Positions 30,069-40,369 of a stretch of DNA of 64,000 nucleotides are shown piece by piece. Source of the stretch: an uncultured Actinomycetes bacterium (GTDB lineage Bacteria > Actinomycetota > Thermoleophilia > RBG-16-64-13); assembly GCA_963706025.1 (NCBI GenBank), contig CAVPLM010000003.1, positions 320,001 to 384,000 of the forward strand, in the 5' to 3' direction. Under the pieces are notes generated by a model, which had not been told where the DNA came from, made no database searches, and saw nothing but the letters and a program-made list of their open reading frames with translations. How positions within the stretch are numbered: position 1 is the stretch's first letter; the number at the start of each line of letters is the position of its first letter. The position numbers were made by a program, and so were the translations under genes.

Positions 30069-31310
30069 GTGATAGTATGCGCGCCAATGGAGACGCCCGA
30101 TCTGATAACCGTCTCTGAGTACGCGCAGCGCCGCGAAGCGGTCTTGCAGGCGCTAGATGGTGCTGCTGCCCTGGTGTTGGCCGGCCACGAGACGCCATCT
30201 TCGTCACCTGTCGATCGCTGGAAGACCGACCGGCTCTTCTGGTACCTGACCGGCCTCGACTACGAAAGCGGCGCCGCGGTGGTGTTCGACCCGGCCGAGG
30301 AGGACCCCGAGCGCCGGATAACCCTCCTTCTGCGTCCCCGTGACCCAGAGATGGAGCGCTGGGATGGCTTTCGCGACCCCTTAGGCCTGGCGCTCAAGGA
30401 GAAGACAGGCTTCACCAGCATAGCGCGGATCCCGTCACTCTCTTCCAGAATGGGCGATGCCGCCCGGCGCACCAAGCGCCTGGCCTGTATGCATCCTTTC
30501 GCCCCCTATGACGCCGCGGTCTCACCGGACCTCGATATCTTCCGGAAGATCTGCGAGCGGATCCCGGGCGTGGCTATCGAGGACCGTACCGAACTGCTGC
30601 CGTCGATGCGTGCCGTCAAGTCCCCGGCAGAGCTCGCCTTGATGGAACGGGCTATCGCCGCCTCGGTCGCTGGGTATGAGGCGGTTCTGCGCTTCATCCA
30701 CCCCGGCGTGACGGAGGCACAGGTAGCCGAGGTACTGACCACTGGGTTTCGCGAGCGGGGCGCGGAGCCGGCCTACGCTCCCGTCGTCGGCTCGGGGCTG
30801 AACGGAACGGTGCTCCACTACCTCGACAATGACCAGGTCGTCAGAGACGGAGACCTGATCGTCATCGACTATGCCGCGGCCTACGGCGGATACGCATCGG
30901 ATGTCACCCGCACGTTTCCGGCCGACGGAACGTTCACTTCCGAGCAACGAGGGATCTACGAGGTGGTGCTGGAGGCCAACCTCGCCGGTATCGACGCGGC
31001 CCGCCCCGGCGCCACCATCACCGACATGCAGAATGCCGCGCGAGCAGTGATCGCCGAGGCCGGCTACGAAGACTACTTCATCCACGGCATCGGTCATCAG
31101 CTTGGCATCGAGGTCCACGACCCGACTCCCGACGGGCCGCTCGTGCCGGGGATGGTGCTGACCATCGAGCCGGGCGTCTATCTGCCGCAACGCCGGCTGG
31201 GGGTACGCATCGAGGACGACATCCTTCTCACCGAGACCGGCAGCGTGAACCTCACCGCTGCTATTCCCAAGACCGTGGCCGCTATCGAGGCCGCAATGGC
31301 GGGGCGCTAG
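30069..31310 (+). CDS. Xaa-Pro aminopeptidase (M24B)
   Basis: LHY, IDYAA..ASDVTRT, HGIGH..HD, TIEPG, RIEDD. Confidence 0.92.
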   Translation: MIVCAPMETPDLITVSEYAQRREAVLQALDGAAALVLAGHETPSSSPVDRWKTDRLFWYLTGLDYESGAAVVFDPAEEDPERRITLLLRPRDPEMERWDGFRDPLGLALKEKTGFTSIARIPSLSSRMGDAARRTKRLACMHPFAPYDAAVSPDLDIFRKICERIPGVAIEDRTELLPSMRAVKSPAELALMERAIAASVAGYEAVLRFIHPGVTEAQVAEVLTTGFRERGAEPAYAPVVGSGLNGTVLHYLDNDQVVRDGDLIVIDYAAAYGGYASDVTRTFPADGTFTSEQRGIYEVVLEANLAGIDAARPGATITDMQNAARAVIAEAGYEDYFIHGIGHQLGIEVHDPTPDGPLVPGMVLTIEPGVYLPQRRLGVRIEDDILLTETGSVNLTAAIPKTVAAIEAAMAGR

Positions 31311-31319
31311 CCGGGAGAG

Positions 31320-31358
31320 AAAAGGGGCGGGGCCGGGGAGTTTCCCCGGCCCCGCCCC
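31320..31358 (-). terminator. Intrinsic terminator between convergent genes
   Basis: Perfect 16-bp GC stem 31324-31339/31343-31358; T-tract on minus strand. Confidence 0.7.
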
Positions 31359-31415
31359 AGTGCCAAAGCTGGCCTGTCTGCCCGCGCGGGAGTCGAGCCC
31401 TGCGCTACTCTTCGG

Positions 31416-32701
31416 TCACGGCTTCGCCGTGGTGGTCGTCGAAGGCGCCGCCGTGGTTATGGTCTGCCCCGCCGAGGTCGCGGTCGAAGAGGCCGCTGTC
31501 GTGGTAGTCGTGTCTCCCGAGCCCGAGGTGGTGGCAGTGGTCGACGCGGTGGTCGTGGTGGTCGGTGCCATACCCTCCTTGTAGATCACTCCCAGTTCGG
31601 CCTTGGTGTCGATGAGCCACTGCTCAAAGACATCGCCTTTCTTGGCGTTCAGGAGGGTGGTGGTGATCTCTTCCTTCTTCTCTTCCAGGGTGTACTGCTT
31701 GGCTTCGGTGATGCCGGTGACCTGGATCACGTGATAGCCGAACACCGTTTTGACGGGGTCCGAGATCTCATTCAGGGCTAGGGAGAACACCGAGTCCTCA
31801 AACTCCTTGACCATGGCGCCTTTTGCGACGAGTCCCAGATCCCCACCAGCGTCTTTGGTCCCGGTGTCGTCCGAGTAATCGGCCGCCTACTTGGTCCAGT
31901 CGCGCACCGCCGACCAGATCAGCCCGGACCTTCTGCGCCGTCGCCTAGAGCCTCATCCCAGTCGGCCTGGGTGGGCGCGGACGTACTGGTCGTGGTCGAC
32001 TCGGTGCTGGTCGACGACGAGCCGGCGGTGGTCGACGTAGAACCGTCGGTGGAAGTGGTCGACGCGTCGTCGGATACATCCGGCGTAGCAGAGATCAATA
32101 TGTGGCGGGCCGTCCGCGTCTCGTCGTCGACGTACTTGGCCTTGTTCTCTTCGTAATACGCGGCGATCTCCTCATCAGGGACGGGGGTGACATCCTTGGT
32201 CACCTCGTCGAAGACGCTGTTGAGGAATGTGTCCTCTTTCTCATAGCGCTTTGTCGCCTTGCTTCTCTCTTTCAGCTGATCAAGAGTCATGTTCTGAGCC
32301 GCGAGGGCCGCGTCGAACTGGGCTTGGTCGCCTCCGAAGTAGTCGGTCAGGATCTTGTCTAACTCGGTCTGGACCTCCGCGTCGGTCACCGTCACATCCG
32401 GGAGGGCCACGTTGAGCGAAGGGGCTTTTTGAAGGGCCATCTCATACATGACCATGTAGTCCAGCACGCGCAGTTGGAAATCCTTGTAGCCCTCCGGATC
32501 GGTATCCTTGTCGGGTAGTCCCTGACCCGCGTATTGAGCTTCGAAATCAGCCATGCGCTGGTCGAACTGCTCCTGAGTGATGTAGTTCTCACCTACCTTG
32601 GCTACGGCGTCTTTAGGCAAATCGCCGCCACAACCAACCAGCAAGCCCACAGCGACGGCAAGAAGGAGCACAAGGACGCTGGCCACGAATCTCTTTTTCA
32701 C
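31416..32701 (-). CDS. prsA: PrsA-like foldase lipoprotein (parvulin PPIase), frameshifted near 31890-31945
   Basis: LVGC lipobox, [39 protein letters not shown]; Thr-rich insert and tail. Confidence 0.82.
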
Positions 32702-33023
32702 ACGAACCTCACTTGATCTCGGTCGGAAACGGCGCGGATGCAGTATAGCCTCATCTGCATAAGGACGCTGTTAAGAAGCAGGAGGTGTTCTCTTGGTTCC
32801 ATGGAGAAGCAGGCGCTCACTTCGCGAGGTTTATGTCATGGGGGTGTGGTGCTAGGATGAAGTTGTTGGGGGTAACGGGGCAATCAAACACGCACGATCC
32901 AGCGGGGCCGGCTGCGCTCGTACGGCGCGGTGGGCGACGCAAGATCAAGTCCGGAGAGGAGGGTCGCCAAGACGATTCCGCTGGCCGCACTGAATGACCT
33001 ATCACTTCGTAGGAGGAGGGGCA

Positions 33024-34501
33024 ATGCAGGACAAAGACCCTGAAGTCAAGCATGAAGAACGTGGTGTTGCTCGAAGGCAAGTCCGTCAGCCGGAGAGAGT
33101 TCCTGAAGATCGCCGGTGTCGCCGGAGCCGCGGTGGGCGTGGGCGCCGGCCTGGGCGGAGTGCTTGCCGCCTGCGGCGAGGAAGAGACGACCACCACGAC
33201 AGCCGGCGCGACGACCACGACGGCTGCTCCCACTACTACCACCACCGCCGCTCCCACGACCACCGTGAGCACCGGCCCGGAGGCGGGCCGCGACATCATG
33301 CTCGGCCTGGTCTCGCCCAGCACCGGCCCCCTGGCCTTAGTTCGCGAAAGCCGATGACTGGTGGGTCGATTTCGCCATGGCCGCGGTGCCCGACGGCATC
33401 ATCGGCGGCGACGGCAAGCAGCACAAATCGTGATCAAGCGCGCCGACAGCCAGTCCGACTCCAATGCGGGCGGCTCAGGTGGCGGGCGACCTGATCAACA
33501 ACGACAAGGTCGATCTCATGATGGCCTCCGGCTCCCCAGACACGGCCAACCCGGTCGCCGACCAGTGCGAGGCTTCGGGATGTCCGTCGATCGCGAACTT
33601 CGTGCCCTGGCAGCCGTTCTTCTTCGGTCGGCGGCGAAACCCCGGATCCCACCAAGGCCTTCAAGTGGACCTATGCCCAAGCTCTGGGCCTGGAAGGCAT
33701 CGTGTCCAACTTCATCGCCATGTGGGACCAGGTGGAGACCAACAAGAAGGTCGGCTTCCTCTTCGCCAACGACGCAGACGGGGCGGCCTGGACCGACATG
33801 ACCACCGGGCTTCCGCCGGCGGTGGAGGCGGCGGGATACAGTATTACCTGTCCGACCTGTATCCGGTCCCCAGCGAGGACTTCACCAAGTACATATCCGA
33901 TTTCAAGAAGGAAGGCTGCGAGATCTGCTGCGGCACGATCATCACGCCGGACTTCACCAACTTCTGGAAACAGGCTGTCCAGCAGGGCTACAACCCGAAG
34001 GTCCTGACCATCGGGAAGGCTCTGCTCTTCCCGCAGACCCTCGAAGCCATCGGCGACATCGCCTACAACGCCACGGTCGAAGGCGTGTGGCATCCCACCT
34101 GGCCGTTCAAGGACTCCATCACCGGCAAGACCTGCCAGGAACTGGCCGACGACTACATGGCCAAGACCGGCGAGCAATGGACCGCGCCGATCGGCCAGTA
34201 CGCCAAGTTCGAGTGGGCGGTGGACGTCTTCAAGCGGGTCACGAACCTCGACGACAAGGAAGACATCATCGCCCAGGTGAAGACGACCAAGTTGGAGACC
34301 TGCCTCGGGCCGATCGACTTCACCGCGCCCATCGAAATGATGACCAGGCACCCGGTGGAGAACGTCTACACAGCCGCCGACCGGTGGCGCGCAGTGGGTC
34401 AAGGGCGACGAAGTTCGCCTTCGAGCCGGTCATGGTCAGCAACGCTCTGGCCGACGGAACTGCCGGTGGCTGCCAAAGTCCAGCTGATGCAGTACTCGTA
34501 A
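33024..34501 (+). CDS. Second Tat-lipoprotein ABC substrate-binding protein (frameshifted), paralog of 17487-18965
   Basis: RBS AGGAGG; SRREFLK, LAAC, Thr linker, SPDTANPVADQ, FKKEGCEI. Confidence 0.82.
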
Positions 34502-34574
34502 TCGACCCGGCCCCTTCCCAGGAGGCTGAAGTCCCGGGCTGGGAGCGCGGACAAGTCGGTCCGACTCTTCGGAC

Positions 34575-34605
34575 AGGGGGAGCCCCGCGATGCGGGGCTC
34601 CCCCT
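34575..34605. terminator. GC hairpin between convergent SBP and TetR genes
   Basis: AGGGGGAGCCCCGC-gat-GCGGGGCTCCCCCT perfect 14-bp stem. Confidence 0.65.
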
Positions 34606-34661
34606 CCCTCTCGCGCTCGCCCAGGGCGTCCCTGACGGCCGAGCTTCATTCTGAACGAGTT

Positions 34662-35354
34662 CTAAGCGAGTGAGACGGCGATCATCATTTCGGCGGGCTC
34701 GGGCAGACCGAGCGGGGCGTCTCCTCGAAGGTACAGGTAGAGCGCTTTCTGAAGCTCGCTGAAGATCGTCTGGCTGCCGATGCCGTAGTACAGCTCGTGT
34801 TCTTGACCGAACACCATCCTTCCCCGCAGGACGGCGGCATACATCCCGTATGCCATGCTGATAGCCAAGACCGGGTCGGAATGGCCGATCTCATCGCGGT
34901 GTTTCAATAGGACCGAGATCAGCGCTTCGCGACGCTCCCGGTTCACACGCTCGCCCCGCTCTCTCAGGACAGGATCGAAGACGGAGTTCATCATGAAGGC
35001 GCGAGAGAGCTCGAGCTCTTCCGTGACCCGCCTGATGAGCGCACCGATGGTGCGCTCCACTGCTTCGGCCAGAGTCTCCGGCGAGCTGGGCTCTTCCAGC
35101 AGCTCGGCGTGTATCAGGGGCTCCAACCGGTTGTGGAACCGATCCTGCAGCAAGTGCAGAAGAGCGGTCTTGTCGGGGAACCGCGTGTAGAAGGCGCCGA
35201 CAGACAGACCCGCGCGGTTCAGAACACTTGCCACAGTCAGAGAGTCGATCCCCTCTGTGCGGATCTGCTCCTCGGCCGCATCCAAGAGCCGTTCGAGAGA
35301 CTCGCGGCTTCGCTTCTGGCGAGGGACTCGATAGGTGTGCTCAGCCTGCTCCAT
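34662..35354 (-). CDS. TetR/AcrR-family regulator
   Basis: PRQKRSRESLERLLDAA...AGLSVGAFYTRFPDKTALL. Confidence 0.9.
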   Translation of the reverse strand: MEQAEHTYRVPRQKRSRESLERLLDAAEEQIRTEGIDSLTVASVLNRAGLSVGAFYTRFPDKTALLHLLQDRFHNRLEPLIHAELLEEPSSPETLAEAVERTIGALIRRVTEELELSRAFMMNSVFDPVLRERGERVNRERREALISVLLKHRDEIGHSDPVLAISMAYGMYAAVLRGRMVFGQEHELYYGIGSQTIFSELQKALYLYLRGDAPLGLPEPAEMMIAVSLA

Positions 35355-35559
35355 GCCCACCAGTATATCGTGGGGTCGTTCCTCGCGAAGGTCGAGACTG
35401 ACCTGTTCAGGGGGCCACCTTGCGCAAAGCAAGTTCCACAGGAGGCAGGCCGTGCGCACCCTGCAAACGGCTGATATCCTTTGCACCTACAGGGACCAGT
35501 TTTCCAGGGCTTTCCACCGGACCGCCGCGAGCGCGGAGCCTGCAGAGCAAAGGAGTGAC

Positions 35560-37433
35560 ATGTACAAGGGCGGCTACACCGGCAACGTGCTGCGGGTCAA
35601 CCTGACCGACAAGACGTTCAAAGAGGAACCGCTACCGTTGGAGGTGGCGCAGGACTTCATCGGTGGCTCGGGCTTCACCGTCAAGTACCTCTATGACGAG
35701 GTCCCGCCGGACTGTGACCCCCTGGGCCCCGAGAACAAGCTTATCTACGCTCCCGGGCCGTTCACCGGTACCACCATCCCTTGCGCCAGCCGCATGGCCA
35801 TCAACGCCAAGTCGCCGGCCACGGGCGCAATGGGGGTGGCCACCACCGGCGGGCACTTCCCGGTGGAGATGAAGCGGGCCGGGTACGACGTCATCATCAT
35901 CGAAGGCAAGGCCGAGGAGCCCACCTATCTCTGGATCAAGAACGGCGAGGTCAAGTTCCGCCCGGCGAAGGAGCTCTGGGGTCTCACCAGCTCCGATTGT
36001 CAGCAGGTGATCAAGGACGAGCTTCACGACCAGAACATCCGCATCAGCTGCATCGGGCCGGCCGGGGAGAAGCTCTCCAAGATGGCCTGCATCGTGAACG
36101 AGCGCCGGGTGGCCGGCCGCAAGGGCCTCGGGGCAGTCATGGGCAGCAAGAACCTCAAGGCCATCGCCCTGCGGGGTGAGGGTCAGATGGCCATTGCGGA
36201 CAAGGAGAAGTACGACGCCGCCCGCAAGCGCATGATGGCCGGTATGCGCAAGAGCCCCATCCTTTATCCCGGAGTTCTCCCGCTACGGCACCTCCACCAC
36301 CCTGGATCTGACCCAGAGCCTGGGCATCTATCCGGCCAAGAACTGGACCGCCACCGGCGTCTTCAACCCGGCCGACAAGATCGGCGGGTTCGCCATCGAG
36401 ATCCCGCGGTACGGGCAAGATGGCCTGTGCCGGTTGCCCGGTCGGGTGCAGCCAGCTCCGCTTGGCGCAGGAGGGACCATATGCCGGTTGGTTCACGGAA
36501 GGACCGGAGTACGAGACCTTGTATTCCTTCGGCGGAGTCACCGGGGTGGACAATCCCGACGCCATCATCGCCTGCGACCGTATCTCGGACGAACTGGGGC
36601 TCGACACCATGTCGGCTGGGGTCACCATCGCCTTCGCCATGGAGCTGTTCGAGCGGGGCATCCTCACCCTTGAGGACACCGGGGGTATGGACCTCCACTT
36701 CGGCAACGACCAGTCGATGGTCAAGCTGCTGCACATGATGGGGGAGCGGCAGGGCTTAGGCGACGTCCTGGCCGACGGGGTCAAGGCAGCCGCAGCGAGG
36801 ATAGGCAAAGGCAGCGAGAAGTACGCCATGCACGTCAAGGGCCTGGAGCTGCCGGCGTACGATGTCCGAGGCGCGAAAGCGCACGGTCTCAACTACGCCA
36901 CCGCCTTCACCGGCGCCGACCACAACAAGGGCTACGCTTTCCAAGAGATCTTCGGTATCCCCATCCCCTATCCGGTGGATCGCTTCGCCATCGAGGGCAA
37001 GGGCAAGCTCTGCAAGTGGGACCAGGATGCCCGCACGGCCCTGGCCGACTCTCCCACGATGTGTGTCTTCCTCATGGACATGGCCGTAGCGGACTTCATG
37101 TTCGAGAATACGGCCGATCTCATGGAGGGGGCCACCGGGCTCATCTACACGCCCGAGGAAGTGCACGAGGTCGGCGACCGCATCAACACCTTGGCCCGCG
37201 TCTTCAACATATTCGCCGGGTTCACCAGAGCCGACGACGACCTCCCCGAGCGCCTGAAGACCGAGCCCATCCCCGACGGACCCTCCAAGGGGCAGATGAT
37301 CAGCCAGGCGGATCTCGATTTCATGCTGGACGAGTACTACGATGCCCGGGGCTGGACCCGCGAGGGCGTTCCCACCCGGGCCAAGCTTGAAGAGCTGCGC
37401 CTGGGCTACGCCGCGGACAGGCTGGGCCTGTGA
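35560..37433 (+). CDS. aor: Aldehyde:ferredoxin oxidoreductase (second copy; frameshifts near 36270-36420)
   Basis: RBS AAGGAG; GYTGNVLRVNLT, KSPATG, CIGPAGE, GLGAVMGSKNLKAI, EGPEYET, EYYDARGW. Confidence 0.9.
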
Positions 37434-37479
37434 CGGCGCCCGCAGCCCGTAGGCAAAGGTCTCCCGGAGTGCGCACACC

Positions 37480-37767
37480 ATGAAGATCACCGTTCGTAGC
37501 ATCGCCCTGATCAAGACGCTGCTCGGTCAGGGAGAGATGGAGCTCACCCTGGCCGATGGAGCCACCATCGACGTCCTGCTCGCGGAACTGACGGAGATCG
37601 GCGGCGAGAAGCTGGCTCCGTATGTGAGGGTGCCCAAGGAGGAGAGTGCTCACGCCCCGCTGAGGGTCATGGTCAACGGTCGCGATATCACCGCGCTCGC
37701 CGGCCGGAAGACCGTGCTCGAGGAGGGTGACGACGTCCTGATCTTCATCCCCATCGCCGGGGGTTAG
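37480..37767 (+). CDS. MoaD/ThiS-family protein
   Basis: VMVNGRDI...C-terminal IAGG. Confidence 0.88.
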   Translation: MKITVRSIALIKTLLGQGEMELTLADGATIDVLLAELTEIGGEKLAPYVRVPKEESAHAPLRVMVNGRDITALAGRKTVLEEGDDVLIFIPIAGG

Positions 37768-37843
37768 AGTCCGAGTCGGGCACACAGCTGTCTCGACAAG
37801 AACCCACGGCGCACTCGACGGCGTCCACAAGAAAGGCGGGATC

Positions 37844-38869
37844 GTGAAGACGGTCGACCTTGAGACTCATTTCGTGACCCAGGAGTGGATCGACGCGATA
37901 TACGCAAACCCGGAGTATCCGCGCTTCGTCGACGATCCGGCTTCCGGTAAGCGCCGTATGTACTATCGTGACGACGCCTTCGAGCCCCACGGCGACTTCC
38001 TCCTCGACCGGCTTCTGGATGTGGGTGAGGGACGGATCGAAGGGATGGGCGCCGCCGGCATAGACGTGGCCGTGGTCTCACTGACTGCACCCGGCACGGA
38101 CCATTTCGACCCCGCGACGGGAACCCGGCTTGCCGGCCGGATCAATGACGAGTTGGCGGCGGCTATCGACAGATACCCGGACCGGTTGATGGGTTTCGCG
38201 GCATTGGCTCCGAAGGACCCTTATGCCGCCGCGGCCGAGTTGGAGCGGGCGGTCAAAGAGCTGGGCTTCAGGGGCTGGAAGTGCCACTCGAACTTCGGCG
38301 ACTCCTACATCGACGAGAAGCGTTACTGGCCCATCCTGGCCAAGGCGGAGGAGTTGGGTGCGCCCATCTATCTGCACCCTGTGGCACCCATGATCCCGCA
38401 GCTACGCACCTATGGGCTGGCTCTGGCCGGGGCGGCCTTCGGATTCGGTATCGAGACGGCCACGGCCATGATGAGGCTGATATTGAGCGGGGCGTTCGAT
38501 GCCTTCCCCAAGCTCAAGATCATCCTGGGGCACTACGGCGAAGGCCTCCCCTTCCTGATGCAACGGATAGACCATCCCTTCGTCCGGCCGCATCTCAAGG
38601 CCTCCGACCCGGACGTGGTACCCGCTCTCGAGCGGCTACCCAGCGACTACCTGCGCGACAACATGGTCGTGACCACCAGTGGCAATTACCTTCCGGCGGC
38701 CTTCAAGTGCACCCGTGAGGCGCTCGGCATGGACAAGATCCTCCTGGGTACCGACTATCCCTACGAGGAGATGGACGACTGCATGCGCTACCTTGAGGGT
38801 CTGGGGATGCCGGAAGAAGAAAAGGCACAGCTCTACCACGAAAACGCGGCCGCTTTGGGATTCGCCTGA
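37844..38869 (+). CDS. Amidohydrolase-superfamily aromatic acid (de)carboxylase (LigW/2,3-DHBA/gamma-resorcylate-like)
   Basis: DLETHF (ExH), IYLHP, ILGHYGEGLPF, TTSGNY, GTDYPYE. Confidence 0.82.
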   Translation: MKTVDLETHFVTQEWIDAIYANPEYPRFVDDPASGKRRMYYRDDAFEPHGDFLLDRLLDVGEGRIEGMGAAGIDVAVVSLTAPGTDHFDPATGTRLAGRINDELAAAIDRYPDRLMGFAALAPKDPYAAAAELERAVKELGFRGWKCHSNFGDSYIDEKRYWPILAKAEELGAPIYLHPVAPMIPQLRTYGLALAGAAFGFGIETATAMMRLILSGAFDAFPKLKIILGHYGEGLPFLMQRIDHPFVRPHLKASDPDVVPALERLPSDYLRDNMVVTTSGNYLPAAFKCTREALGMDKILLGTDYPYEEMDDCMRYLEGLGMPEEEKAQLYHENAAALGFA

Positions 38870-38933
38870 TCCGCTTTGGTCGCCGAATCTGTTCGATCCA
38901 TTCCGTCCGTCTGGCAGAAAGGTCCTTGCGCTC

Positions 38934-40139
38934 ATGGAGCAACTCACGTACCACGACATCCTCTACAACGATGAGCCTATCGGGCCGTGGCCCACTCACC
39001 TGCTGACGCGGGTCGACAAACCCACCAACGAGATCGTGGGGCCGATCAAGCGGCGCGACGAGCGGGAAAGCCCCTTTGGGAAATCCCTCCTCGGCGGGTA
39101 CGGGGAGGAGATCCAGCGGGAGTTCATCCGTATGACCGTGCGCTATCCCCTCGGCGCGGCTCTGGTCGACATGCAGAACCTCATCAACACGGTCGTGCGG
39201 AAGCTCAACCCCGTTGCTCCGGAAAAGGCTCCCATACCCGACGATCCTGGAGTGCTGAGCCGCCACGTCAAGCTACTGGGCCATTTCCTGGGCGCCGACA
39301 TGGTAGGTATCGGCCCGCTCAGCCAATCGGCCGTCTATACCCATAACATGAAGGGGCGGGAGATCGAAGCTCCCTTCAAGTACGCCATCGTGCTCCTCTG
39401 CCGAAAGCACGATCCCACCATCTCCGCCTCCAACGGCTGGGAGGAGATAATCGACCCGGCCAGCTTCCAGACCTATCAGCGGCTGGCCATGCAGACCGAG
39501 ACCATGGCCAACTATTTGCGCAGGCTGGGCTGGGAGGCCGAGGCCTCCAACATGAACCGCTACCGCACTTTGATGCCCCAGGTTGTCCTGGACGCCGGTC
39601 TGGGTGAAGTGTCGCGGATGGGGATCATCCTCAACCCGTTCTTGGGATGCAACTTCAAATCCGCCTGTGTGCTCACCAACATGGAGCTGGAGACCGACGG
39701 CTACATCGACTTCGGGCTCCAGGAGTACTGCAGCAACTGCACGCTGTGCGCCGAGCAGTGCCCTCCTCGGGCCATCACTCGGGGACCCAAGACGCTCTAC
39801 AACGGCTACTACACCTGGAAGCTCAACAGCAAGGTCTGCTCCGATTTCGACGTGCTCAACAAGGAAGGCTGCGTGTGCGGCCGCTGCACCAAGGTATGCC
39901 CGTGGCATATCCCCGGCCAGGAGCCGCGCGATTTCGCCGATTGGGATGGAGACCTGATTTGGCTGCACAAGCGGGTGGACGAGCAGCGCGAGCGCATCAT
40001 CGCCAACAATTACGTCGATCCCGCCGAGCATACTCACAAGTGGTGGTTCCCGCTCGACGAGGTCGACGGCAGGCTGGTCGTCCCGACCGACAAGAACAAG
40101 CAGAAGATTTGCCGGGAGTATCCCCTACAGAACCGGTAG
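38934..40139 (+). CDS. Reductive dehalogenase-like cobalamin/2x[4Fe-4S] protein, no Tat signal
   Basis: FLGADMVGIG, DAGLGEVSRMG..LNPFLG, CSNCTLCAEQCP, CGRCTKVCPW, KWW. Confidence 0.8.
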   Translation: MEQLTYHDILYNDEPIGPWPTHLLTRVDKPTNEIVGPIKRRDERESPFGKSLLGGYGEEIQREFIRMTVRYPLGAALVDMQNLINTVVRKLNPVAPEKAPIPDDPGVLSRHVKLLGHFLGADMVGIGPLSQSAVYTHNMKGREIEAPFKYAIVLLCRKHDPTISASNGWEEIIDPASFQTYQRLAMQTETMANYLRRLGWEAEASNMNRYRTLMPQVVLDAGLGEVSRMGIILNPFLGCNFKSACVLTNMELETDGYIDFGLQEYCSNCTLCAEQCPPRAITRGPKTLYNGYYTWKLNSKVCSDFDVLNKEGCVCGRCTKVCPWHIPGQEPRDFADWDGDLIWLHKRVDEQRERIIANNYVDPAEHTHKWWFPLDEVDGRLVVPTDKNKQKICREYPLQNR

Positions 40140-40369
40140 GTCCGGGCTCGTTTGCGCACGTCCCGGCGCGTCTTGCTCGCGCCGCAGCGCGCCGACCTTA
40201 AGCCCGCGATCGCACGCGGGTCGAGGGCTTTACTTTTCGAAGCGGCGGGCTAGAATTAATGCAGGGTCCGCCGCGGTGGCCCCTCCAGCGCCCCGGCGGT
40301 GCCCTGGCGCGTGCTCGCGGGGCTTAGCCGGGCCGGCTCACGTAGAGGCCGGCCGCAAAGGGGGTAATC

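Noticed and set aside
35424-35438. Sigma54-like -24/-12 match TGGAACTTGCTTTGC on minus strand before TetR
   Set aside because: Single imperfect match, no enhancer-binding protein in the window; may be chance
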